A stretch of 64,000 nucleotides of DNA from Camelus dromedarius (lineage: Eukaryota), in assembly GCF_036321535.1 (NCBI RefSeq), contig NC_087437.1, forward strand, positions 1,550,001 to 1,614,000. Reading direction: 5' to 3'. The translations under genes were made by a program, and so were the position numbers. Positions within the stretch are counted from its first letter, which is position 1, and the number at the start of each line of letters is the position of its first letter. Below, piece after piece: positions 11,416-23,400 of this stretch. The notes under the pieces are model-generated. The model was not told where the DNA came from, did no database searches, and worked only from the letters and a program-made list of their open reading frames with translations.

Positions 11416-14400
11416 TCTTCTCCTCTTTTTGGTCCCCTTCAGCGCTGACAGTGGAAATTGAGCAGGTGGGAAGGGCTTGGGGGTTCTCCGTATCTAGGGG
11501 CTCCCGATCCATCAGATTCAACTAAATGCGGGTTGAAAATATTCGGGAAAAAACAGAAAGTTTCAAAAAGCAACACTTGAATTTGCCACACACACGCAAC
11601 TGCTTGCATAGCATTGATGTTGCCTTACATACCACGCGTCACCTAGAGATGATTTAAAGTGCACAGGAGGACACAGCGAAAGAGAATGTGAAAATGAATG
11701 TATGCGTATGTTCGTGTATAACTGAAAAATTGTGCTCTACACTGGAATCTGACACAACATTGTCAAATGACAATAACTCGGGGGAAAAAAATATTTGTAT
11801 GTAAAAAGTAAAGTACACGGGAGGGTGCGTGTAATTGTCTGTAAGCCCTATGTCATTTTATGCAAGAGGCATCAGCATCCATGAATGTTGGCATGTGTGG
11901 GGAGTCCTGGGACCAGTGCCCCATGGTTACCAAGGGATGACTGGAAGCCCAGGCTCCTCGTCCCAGCCTGTCATGTCCCCACGTGGTCTGAACCCTGCCT
12001 GTGCCACACTCCCCTGGTCACCCTCCTCCAGCCCTGCCAGACTGCCCTCTTCTTCTGGAACAGTCCAAGCTCACTGCACTTCATGCCTGACCTCTAGTAA
12101 TACCCGTTACTTTCTGAGCATGGCTCTGCTTCAGAAAGGCGGCCTGCATTGCCACTAGAGAACACAGGATGGGAGTTCCTTAAAAAACTAACATTGGACT
12201 TACCGTATGATCCAGCCTTCCCACGCCTGGGGATATGTGAGGAGAAATCTCTAATTCAAAAAGTCACATGCACCTCAATGCTCACAGCAGCCCTATTTAT
12301 AACAGCCGGGACGTGGAAAGAAGCCAAACAAACGTCCATCGGCTGGCGAGTGGACAAAGGTGCAGTGTCCTATTTATGCCATGGAATACTACTCAGCCAT
12401 GAGAAAGGATAAACCAGTGACATTTGCGGCCACATGTACGGACACAGAGATAGTCATTCTGTGTGAAGGAAGCCAGAAGAGAGAAAAATGCCGTATGATG
12501 CCACTTCCATGCGGAATCTAAACAAAAGTCAGAGACGAAGTTAACGACAAAAGAGGAACAGACCCACAGACATAGAGAAACAAACTTACGGTTACCAGGG
12601 CGGGAAGGGGGTGGAAAGGGGAAAATATGGGCATTGGAGAATTGCCCCTCTTGGGGAGTGATGGAAATGGTAGCTATCTTGATGGTGGTGATGGTTTTCT
12701 GGGTGCAGACGTCTATGAAAATTCATCAAATACTACATGTGAGATGTGTCTAATTGACGGAACAGAAATCGTACCGCAATAAAGGTGTTTTAATCAAAGA
12801 GAGATGGGCTGCATTGTGTCCTATGTTTCTATGTGTCTTCAGGGAGGCCTCAACAGGGCGGTGCTGGCCTTCCTGCCAACACGATGGCAAGAAGCCCGAA
12901 CGATCCATCGATGGGAAGAAGATAAGAGCTGTGGTCACATCTGGACCCCAAGCTTAGACATGGTGCGTGGGTGACATTTATCGACAATCCGGCGAGGTTC
13001 CGGCCAGAGCTATAGGCCGGGGCAGCAAAGCGGGAGCGGCACTAAGGAGCATGGTGGCGCAGAGGCTGGACTGGGGGCCCGCAGGCTCCTCCCAGGAGGA
13101 GCCTCAGAGTTTGGGAGGTGGCTAACGTGCCTGCTTCGTGTCACCAGCAAGTGATGCCACCTGTGGGCTATCAGCTGGAATCCTGAGCCGGGTCAGCCCT
13201 GGGTGATGCGCTAAGGGCTCCTAGCATAGGGGGCGACAGACGGACAGTGAACCAAGCAACAGGCTGCTGAGTTTGGGGCCTGTGTTTCTCGTGCTTTCCG
13301 TGTCTCACTGCACCTCAGTGTCGCCCGGAGGAATTGCGGCGGTGTTTCGAGGCTGATGGCCTCTCGGTTCCTCATCATCCTGGCAAGCCCCCAGCTTTCT
13401 CCGGCCAGACCTTGGCAAGCGCCTTCCCTTGTTCTAACAAAAGCCTTCCCACCCTCGCCTGCGGGGAGCTTTTGTTTTCTTAATTGATGGGAATGACGAT
13501 ACCTTCCAGCCTCCTCAGGCCTTTCCTTAGTGCTTCTGCCCTTAGACCCCGGCAAGGGGGCCCTCCCCAACCCCGCTGCCCTGGGTCCTGAACTACAGAG
13601 GGTCCCTCTGGCCCTGACACTCTCTCTGGCCACGCCCTCCACGGGATGGATTCAGCAGGGCCAAGGGGACACGCCTAATGGCTCCACCCCGTGCTCTGGA
13701 AACCCAGGATCACGAATGCCCTGCCCCAGCAGCCCCTGACCCACTTCTAGTGTCTGCACCGGCTCTCGCCAGAGCTCAGCTTCCCAGGACTCACACAGAG
13801 GCCAACGGTCAGCTGTTGGCATGGAGGGTATGGACAGAGCCCGGATGTGAGGACTGAGTGTCCCCCTGTGCACCTAAGAGGCCACTTGGGGCATGGGATG
13901 GACCCAGCATTGGGAAGAAAACGGTCAGGCTATTGGTCAGACACTGGGAATCGGCTCTCCCCACACTGTCACTTTCTGTGCGGGACTCCCTTGATTCTGG
14001 GAATTCTAAAGTTGAGCCTGGCCTTCCCTCTTAGAATGAATGTGTCATTGTAAAGTCAGGAGTTTAGAACCTACCGCGCTTAAAATGTTGACAAATATAC
14101 GATGGGAACTACCAGATAAGCTCTGGCCCTGCACTTGCAAAGGACCAGAGCAGTTCTTTTGGCTCTGCTGAGACTGCAAGGGGCAAAGACCTTCTCCAGA
14201 GTGGAGGGGCTCCTGCTTCATGCTCCGAATTCAGGAGCTTCTGAGCGGATGAAACAATGGACACTGAGACCCTCGATTGGAAGTTGCTTTAGAATGACGC
14301 CAAAGTTGTGTGTGACGTGTGTGTGCGTACGCGCTCGCGTACACCTGGGGACGTGTGAGGTACGTGACAGTGACTTTGCGTGTGTGTGCGCGCCTGAGGA

Positions 14401-17400
14401 CGTGGGTGGTTGTGTGTTATGTTATGGGTGTGTGTGTGGAACATGACTCCGAGTGTGTGCGTGGGGATGTATGTGGAGCAGAGCCAGTGTGTCTGCACGT
14501 GTGTTTGGGTGTAGGTGCATGCAGTAGTTTTAAGAAAAGCAGAAGCTGTCCCTTAGGAGTCTGAAGTAGTAAAACTTGTATGGTGTCCCTCACTGTATAA
14601 TTCAAAATGAAAATAATCTTCAATCACCAGAAATGTACTCCCCCCCCACCCCGATTCTCATTTTTTCCCCGATATGGATTCTGTCTTCATTTTACTGATG
14701 GGGAAACTAGCTTAGAGTTGTTAAGTGACTCAGTCAAGGGCATGGAGCTCGCGAGCCCAGGGCCAGGATGCAGTCCAAGCGGCCCGGCTCCAGAGGCCCT
14801 GAAACCTGCTCACGACCGCGCGTGGCCTCTTGGCCGGGGGAACAGATTCTGATGGGCAGGGGCCAGCGTGCCGGCTGCCCAAACCACGGACTCTGCAAGT
14901 CGGGTGGAGAGTACCAGACAGCAGACGAGGGTAAAGGGCTGCTCAGAAATCAGTTAGCTTCCTAGATCTTCGATGAGTAAGGAGGCTCACTGCTCATCCT
15001 CGATCCCTTTGCTGGTGGCTAAAAGGGACCAAGGCCCACGAGAGCGCTTCTGGGAGCTGCTGCCTACCGAAACCTGGAACAGGACTGCTCAGGACTGGCT
15101 CTGCAGCAGGAGTGAAGGGAGGCAATGTCGCCACCTGGTGGACATCCTGGGTAGTGGCAGTAGGAGGCCTAGCACCCTTGGTATGGAGGTGGCAGGACGA
15201 GGTCCTACGGGATGATCGTTTCCACGGGTCTTAAAAATCATTGCTTGATATATTTTATCCGCTTTGGGGTTTACTGTAGGATGGTAAACATGGTCTCCGT
15301 TACTCCTTCTTAGCTGGATTGATGAATTGTTTTTGAGGTTAATTTTCTCTTCAGTGATTTGGAAGCTATATTGCCTTTTAAGGAAAATTCTCTCTAAATG
15401 TTTACAAATCATCTCGAAGTTCATAACTCTATATTTAATTCGACCAGTATTGCTACAAGAGCCTCCAAAACGAAATCATCTATTAGATCTTGTTTCTCAA
15501 TCATGATACATTTAGCATATTTTACCTCTCTGCTCTTCCCAATGGTGCATGTGTGTGAGCGCGTGATCTACACTTACTGCTTTTTAGACAGTTGCTTTAA
15601 GTTTGTTACATTCACAATGAAAATATAGGTATAAATAACTTGGATTTCATTACTCACTACCACTACTTAATCCCATGTCTTTCCCATTTTTGAGTTATTT
15701 ACTTCTTTCCCAATCAAATGGAGACATGATTGGCTAATTTTTTTTGAGCGGTGGACTTGGAACCCTTCCCTGTCTATAAGCAGCTTTAGGTTCTTGCCAT
15801 AACTCGGCTTCATTGAGAAGCATGTTTTTACCGTTTCTCAGACGGGCTTCCGCTTTGAAGCACTAAACCGTCTCTGTACTCTTTCTCTCCATGCTTATTC
15901 CTGAAAAAGTGAGCTCTCTACCGGAATAAAGATGCTTCCCGTCAGAGATGTTTGGCTCCCTGTCCCAAGGTCCAGAAGAAGAGAAAAGGAAAGATTCCTG
16001 GCTCCGATGCTTCTGTTCTGTCAGCTGAGAGATCTAGTTATCCGTGTGGCTGCGGTGGAACCTGCAACAACTTGCCTCATAGTTTCCTTTTTCTGGCTTA
16101 CTAGGGGAGCCGCATTAACTGAGGTCACGGCGCTCTGGCCCTTTTCGGGATCCCGGTGCTGAGGCAGCCCCTTCCCCCCACCCCCACTCCTTGTCATTTG
16201 GATCGTGCAAACTGGGTGCCAGCCGTGCGAACCCTGCACCTGGCGGCCAGGATTGCCCCCCAACGCGACGTGTCCCCAGTTCCTCGGCATCCCTCACTGC
16301 TACCAGCTAGCTCCAGGAAGGGTGCGAACTGGCTTCCACTGCCGTCCTTCCTCCTTCCTGTCCAGGCGGGCCCTCCTTTTGCGCTAGTCGGCCCGAAACC
16401 TTCTCTCCTGCGCTGCATACGCTGAAGAACTGCCTCAACGTTTCCAGCCGCTAGAGGGCGCTCTTCTCCTCTTTTTGGTCCCCTTCAGCGCTGACAGTGG
16501 AAATTGAGCAGGTGGGAAGGGCTTGGGGTTTCTCCGTATCTAGGGGCTCCCGATCCATCAGATTCAACTAAATGCGGGTTGAAAATATTCGGGAAAAAAC
16601 AGAAAATTTCAAAAAGCAACACTTGAATTTGCCACACACACGCAACTGCTTGCATAGCATTGATGTTGCCTTACATACCACGCGTCACCTAGAGATGATT
16701 TAAAGTGCACAGGAGGACACAGCGAAAGAGGATGTGAAAATGAATGTATGCGTATGTTCGTGTATAACTGAAAAATTGTGCTCTACACTGGAATCTGACA
16801 CAACATTGTCAAATGACAGTAACTCGGGGGAAAAAAATGTTTGTATGTAAAAAGTAAAGTACACGGGAAGGTGCGTGTAATTGTCTGTAAGCCCTATGTC
16901 ATTTTATGCAAGAGGCATCAGCATCCATGAATGTTGGCATGTGTGGGGAGTCCTGGGACCAGTGCCCCATGGTTACCAAGGGATGACTGGAAGCCCAGGC
17001 TCCTCGTCCCAGCCTGTCATGTCCCCACGTGGTCTGAACCCTGCCTGTGCCACACTCCCCTGGTCACCCTCCTCCAGCCCTGCCAGACTGCCCTCTTCTT
17101 CTGGAACAGTCCAAGCTCACTGCACTTCATGCCTGACCTCTAGTAATACCCGTTACTTTCTGAGCATGGCTCTGCTTCAGAAAGGCGGCCTGCATTGCCA
17201 CTAGAGAAGACAGGATGGGAGTTCCTTAAAAAACTAACATTGGACTTACCGTATGATCCAGCCTTCCCACGCCTGGGGATATGTGAGGAGAAATCTCTAA
17301 TTCAAAAAGTCACATGCACCTCAATGCTCACAGCAGCCCTATTTATAACAGCCGGGACGTGGAAAGAAGCCAAACAAACGTCCATCGGCTGGCGAGTGGA

Positions 17401-20400
17401 CAAAGGTGCAGTGTCCTATTTATGCCATGGAATACTACTCAGCCATGAGAAAGGATAAACCAGTGACATTTGCGGCCACATGTACGGACACAGAGATAGT
17501 CATTCTGTGTGAAGGAAGCCAGAAGAGAGAAAAATGCCGTATGATGCCACTTCCATGCGGAATCAAAACAAAAGTCAGAGACGAAGTTAACGACAAAAGA
17601 GGAACAGACCCACAGACATAGAGAAACAAACTTACGGTTACCAGGGCGGGAAGGGGGTGGAAAGGGGAAAATATGGGCATTGGAGAATTGCCCCTCTTGG
17701 GGAGTGATGGAAATGGTAGCTATCTTGATGGTGGTGATGGTTTTCTGGGTGCAGACGTCTATGAAAATTCATCAAATACTACATGTGAGATGTGTCTAAT
17801 TGACGGAACAGAAATCGTACCGCAATAAAGGTGTTTTAATCAAAGAGAGATGGGCTGCATTGTGTCCTATGTTTCTATGTGTCTTCAGGGAGGCCTCAAC
17901 AGGGCGGTGCTGGCCTTCCTGCCAACACGATGGCAAGAAGCCCGAACGATCCATCGATGGGAAGAAGATAAGAGCTGTGGTCACATCTGGACCCCAAGCT
18001 TAGACATGGTGCGTGGGTGACATTTATCGACAATCCGGCGAGGTTCCGGCCAGAGCTATAGGCCGGGGCAGCAAAGCGGGAGCGGCACTAAGGAGCATGG
18101 TGGCGCAGAGGCTGGACTGGGGGCCCGCAGGCTCCTCCCGGGAGGAGCCTCAGAGTTTGGGAGGTGGCTAACGTGCCTGCTTCGTGTCACCAGCAAGTGA
18201 TGCCACCTGTGGGCTATCAGCTGGAATCCTGAGCCGGGTCAGCCCTGGGTGATGCGCTAAGGGCTCCTAGCATAGGGGGCGACAGACGGACAGTGAACCA
18301 AGCAACAGGCTGCTGAGTTTGGGGCCTGTGTTTCTCGTGCTTTCCGTGTCTCACTGCACCTCAGTGTCGCCCGGAGGAATTGCGGCGGTGTTTCGAGGCT
18401 GATGGCCTCTCGGTTCCTCATCATCCTGGCAAGCCCCCAGCTTTCTCCGGCCAGACCTTGGCAAGCGCCTTCCCTTGTTCTAACAAAAGCCTTCCCACCC
18501 TCGCCTGCGGGGAGCTTTTGTTTTCTTAATTGATGGGAATGACGATACCTTCCAGCCTCCTCAGGCCTTTCCTTAGTGCTTCTGCCCTTAGACCCCGGCA
18601 AGGGGGCCCTCCCCAACCCCGCTGCCCTGGGTCCTGAACTACAGAGGGTCCCTCTGGCCCTGACACTCTCTCTGGCCACGCCCTCCACGGGATGGATTCA
18701 GCAGGGCCAAGGGGACACGCCAAATGACTCCACCCCGTGCTCTGGAAACCCAGGATCACGAATGCCCTGCCCCAGCAGCCCCTGACCCACTTCTAGTGTC
18801 TGCACCGGCTCTCGCCAGAGCTCAGCTTCCCAGGACTCACACAGAGGCCAACGGTCAGCTGTTGGCATGGAGGGTATGGACAGAGCCCGGATGTGAGGAC
18901 TGAGTGTCCCCCTGTGCACCTAAGAGGCCACTTGGGGCATGGGATGGACCCAGCATTGGGAAGAAAACGGTCAGGCTATTGGTCAGACACTGGGAATCGG
19001 CTCTCCCCACACTGTCACTTTCTGTGCGGGACTCCCTTGAGTCTGGGAATTCTAAAGTTGAGCCTGGCCTTCCCTCTTAGAATGAATGTGTCATTGTAAA
19101 GTCAGGAGTTTAGAACCTACCGCGCTTAAAATGTTGACAAATATACGATGGGAACTACCAGATAAGCTCTGGCCCTGCACTTGCAAAGGACCAGAGCAGT
19201 TCTTTTGGCTCTGCTGAGACTGCAAGGGGCAAAGACCTTCTCCAGAGTGGAGGGGCTCCTGCTTCATGCTCCGAATTCAGGAGCTTCTGAGCGGATGAAA
19301 CAATGGACACTGAGACCCTCGATTGGAAGTTGCTTTAGAATGACGCCAAAGTTGTGTGTGACGTGTGTGTGCGTACGCGCTCGCGTACACCTGGGGACGT
19401 GTGAGGTACGTGACAGTGACTTTGCGTGTGTGTGCGCGCCTGAGGACGTGGGTGGTTGTGTGTTATGTTATGGGTGTGTGTGTGGAACATGACTCCGAGT
19501 GTGTGCGTGGGGATGTATGTGGAGCAGAGCCAGTGTGTCTGCACGTGTGTTTGGGTGTAGGTGCATGCAGTAGTTTTAAGAAAAGCAGAAGCTGTCCCTT
19601 AGGAGTCTGAAGTAGTAAAACTTGTATGGTGTCCCTCACTGTATAATTCAAAATGAAAATAATCTTCAATCACCAGAAATGTACTCCCCCCCACCCCGAT
19701 TCTCATTTTTTCCCCGATATGGATTCTGTCTTCATTTTACTGATGGGGAAACTAGCTTAGAGTTGTTAAGTGACTCAGTCAAGGGCATGGAGCTCGCGAG
19801 CCCAGGGCCAGGATGCAGTCCAAGCGGCCCGGCTCCAGAGGCCTGGAAACCTGCTCACGACCGCGCGTGGCCTCTTGGCCGGGGAAACAGATTCTGATGG
19901 GCAGGGGCCAGCGTGCCAGCTGCCCAAGCCACGGACTCTGCAAGTCGGGTGGAGAGTACCAGACAGCAGACGAGGGTAAAGGGCTGCTCAGAAATCAGTT
20001 AGCTTCCTAGATCTTCGATGAGTAAGGAGGCTCACTGCTCATCCTCGATCCCTTTGCTGGTGGCTAAAAGGGACCAAGGCCCACGAGAGCGCTTCTGGGA
20101 GCTGCCTGCCGAACCCTGGAACAGGACTGCTCAGGACTGGCTCTGCAGCAGGAGCGAAGGGAGGCAATGTCGCCACCTGGTGGACATCCTGGGTAGTGGC
20201 GGTAGGAGGCCTAGCACCCTTGTTATGGAGTTGGCAGGACGAGGTCCTACGGGATGATCATTTCCACGGGTCTTAAAAATCATTGCTTGATATATTTTAT
20301 CCGCTTTGGGGTTTACTGTAGGATGGTAAATATGGTCTCCGTTACTCCTTCTTAGCTGGATTGATGAATTGTTTTTGAGGTTAATTTTCTCTTCAGTGAT

Positions 20401-23400
20401 TTGGAAGCTATATTGCCTTTTAAGGAAAATTCTCTCTAAATGTTTACAAATCATCTCGAAGTTCATAACTCTATATTTAATTCGACCAGTATTGCTACAA
20501 GAGCCTCAAAAACGAAATCATCTATTAGATCTTGTTTCTCAATCATGATACATTTAGCATATTTTACCTCTCTGCTCTTCCCAATGGTGCATGTGTGTGA
20601 GCGCGTGATCTACACTTACTGCTTTTTAGACAGTTGCTTTAAGTTTGTTACATTCACAATGAAAATATAGGTATAAATAACTTGGATTTCATTACTCACT
20701 ACCACTACTTAATCCCATGTCTTTCCCATTTTTGAGTTATTTACTTCTTTCCCAATCAAATGGAGACATGATTGGCTAATTTTTTTTGAGCGGTGGACTT
20801 GGAACCCTTCCCTGTCTATAAGCAGCTTTAGGTTCTTGCCATAACTCGGCTTCATTGAGAAGCATGTTTTTACCGTTTCTCAGACGGGCTTCCGCTTTGA
20901 AGCACTAAACCGTCTCTGTACTCTTTCTCTCCATGCTTATTCCTGAAAAAGTGAGCTCTCTACCGGAATAAAGATGCTTCCCGTCAGAGATGTTTGGCTC
21001 CCTGTCCCAAGGTCCAGAAGAAGAGAAAAGGAAAGATTCCTGGCTCCGATGCTTCTGTTCTGTCAGCTGAGAGATCTAGTTATCCGTGTGGCTGCGGTGG
21101 AACCTGCAACAACTTGCCTCATAGTTTCCTTTTTCTGGCTTACTAGGGGAGCCACAGTAACTGAGGTCACGGCGCTCTGGCCTTTTTCGGGATCCCGGTG
21201 CTGAGGCAGCCCCTTCCCCCCACCCCCACTCCTTGTCATTTGGATCGTGCAAACTGGGTGCCAGCCGTGCGAACCCTGCACCTGGCGGCCAGGATTGCCC
21301 CCCCACGCGACGTGTCCCCAGTTCCTCGGCATCCCTCACTGCTACCAGCTAGCTCCAGGAAGGGTGCGAGCTGGCTTCCACTGCCGTCCTTCCTCCTTCC
21401 TGTCCAGGCGGGCCCTCCTTTTGCGCTAGTCGGCCCGAAACCTTCTCTCCTGCGCTGCATACGCTGAAGAACTGCCTCAACGTTTCCAGCCGCTAGAGGG
21501 CGCTCTTCTCCTCTTTTTGGTCCCCTTCAGCGCTGACAGTGGAAATTGAGCAGGTGGGAAGGGCTTGGGGGTTCTCCGTATCTAGGGGCTCCCGATCCAT
21601 CAGATTCAACTAAATGCGGGTTGAAAATATTCGGGAAAAAACAGAAAGTTTCAAAAAGCAACACTTGAATTTGCCACACACACGCAACTGCTTGCATAGC
21701 ATTGATGTTGCCTTACATACCACGCGTCACCTAGAGATGATTTAAAGTGCACAGGAGGACACAGCGAAAGAGAATGTGAAAATGAATGTATGCGTATGTT
21801 CGTGTATAACTGAAAAATTGTGCTCTACACTGGAATCTGACACAACATTGTCAAATGACAATAACTCGGGGGAAAAAAATGTTTGTATGTAAAAAGTAAA
21901 GTACACGGGAGGGTGCGTGTAATTGTCTGTAAGCCCTATGTCATTTTATGCAAGAGGCATCAGCATCCATGAATGTTGGCATGTGTGGGGAGTCCTGGGA
22001 CCAGTGCCCCATGGTTACCAAGGGATGACTGGAAGCCCAGGCTCCTCGTCCCAGCCTGTCATGTCCCCACGTGGTCTGAACCCTGCCTGTGCCACACTCC
22101 CCTGGTCACCCTCCTCCAGCCCTGCCAGACTGCCCTCTTCTTCTGGAACAGTCCAAGCTCACTGCACTTCATGCCTGACCTCTAGTAATACCCGTTACTT
22201 TCTGAGCATGGCTCTGCTTCAGAAAGGCGGCCTGCATTGCCACTAGAGAACACAGGATGGGAGTTCCTTAAAAAACTAACATTGGACTTACCGTATGATC
22301 CAGCCTTCCCACGCCTGGGGATATGTGAGGAGAAATCTCTAATTCAAAAAGTCACATGCACCTCAATGCTCACAGCAGCCCTATTTATAACAGCCGGGAC
22401 GTGGAAAGAAGCCAAACAAACGTCCATCGGCTGGCGAGTGGACAAAGGTGCAGTGTCCTATTTATGCCATGGAATACTACTCAGCCATGAGAAAGGATAA
22501 ACCAGTGACATTTGCGGCCACATGTACGGACACAGAGATAGTCATTCTGTGTGAAGGAAGCCAGAAGAGAGAAAAATGCCGTATGATGCCACTTCCATGC
22601 GGAATCTAAACAAAAGTCAGAGACGAAGTTAACGACAAAAGAGGAACAGACCCACAGACATAGAGAAACAAACTTACGGTTACCAGGGCGGGAAGGGGGT
22701 GGAAAGGGGAAAATATGGGCATTGGAGAATTGCCCCTCTTGGGGAGTGATGGAAATGGTAGCTATCTTGATGGTGGTGATGGTTTTCTGGGTGCAGACGT
22801 CTATGAAAATTCATCAAATACTACATGTGAGATGTGTCTAATTGACGGAACAGAAATCGTACCAAAATAAAGGTGTTTTAAACAAAGAGAGATGGGCTGC
22901 ATTGTGTCCTATGTTTCTAGGTGTCTTCAGGGAGGCCTCAACAGGGCGGTGCTGGCCTTCCTGCCAACACGATGGCAAGAAGCCCGAACGATCCATCGAT
23001 GGGAAGAAGATAAGAGCTGTGGTCACATCTGGACCCCAAGCTTAGACATGGTGCGTGGGTGACATTTATCGACAATCCGGCGAGGTTCCGGCCAGAGCTA
23101 TAGGCCGGGGCAGCAAAGCGGGAGCGGCACTAAGGAGCATGGTGGCGCAGAGGCTGGACTGGGGGCCCGCAGGCTCCTCCCGGGAGGAGCCTCAGAGTTT
23201 GGGAGGTGGCTAACGTGCCTGCTTCGTGTCACCAGCAAGTGATGCCACCTGTGGGCTATCAGCTGGAATCCTGAGCCGGGTCAGCCCTGGGTGATGCGCT
23301 AAGGGCTCCTAGCAAAGGGGGCGACAGACGGACAGTGAACCAAGCAACAGGCTGCTGAGTTTGGGGCCTGTGTTTCTCGTGCTTTCCGTGTCTCACTGCA

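Noticed and set aside
11440..11452. cagcgctgacagt in the monomer as the donor of the foreign 18-mer
   Set aside because: Shares only cagcgct plus a gapped gac.gt and does not account for the full ACGCAGCGCTCGACTGTT, nor for identical copies at two unrelated offsets.
12149..12412. 87-aa ORF with L1 ORF2p similarity as a functional CDS
   Set aside because: It is only a frameshifted C-terminal relic of L1 ORF2, with no endonuclease or reverse transcriptase domains; annotated as a mobile-element fragment.
13036..13041. GCGGCA (ZFP57 TGCCGC motif on the minus strand), once per unit
   Set aside because: A single hexamer per 5 kb of CpG-rich DNA is expected by chance.
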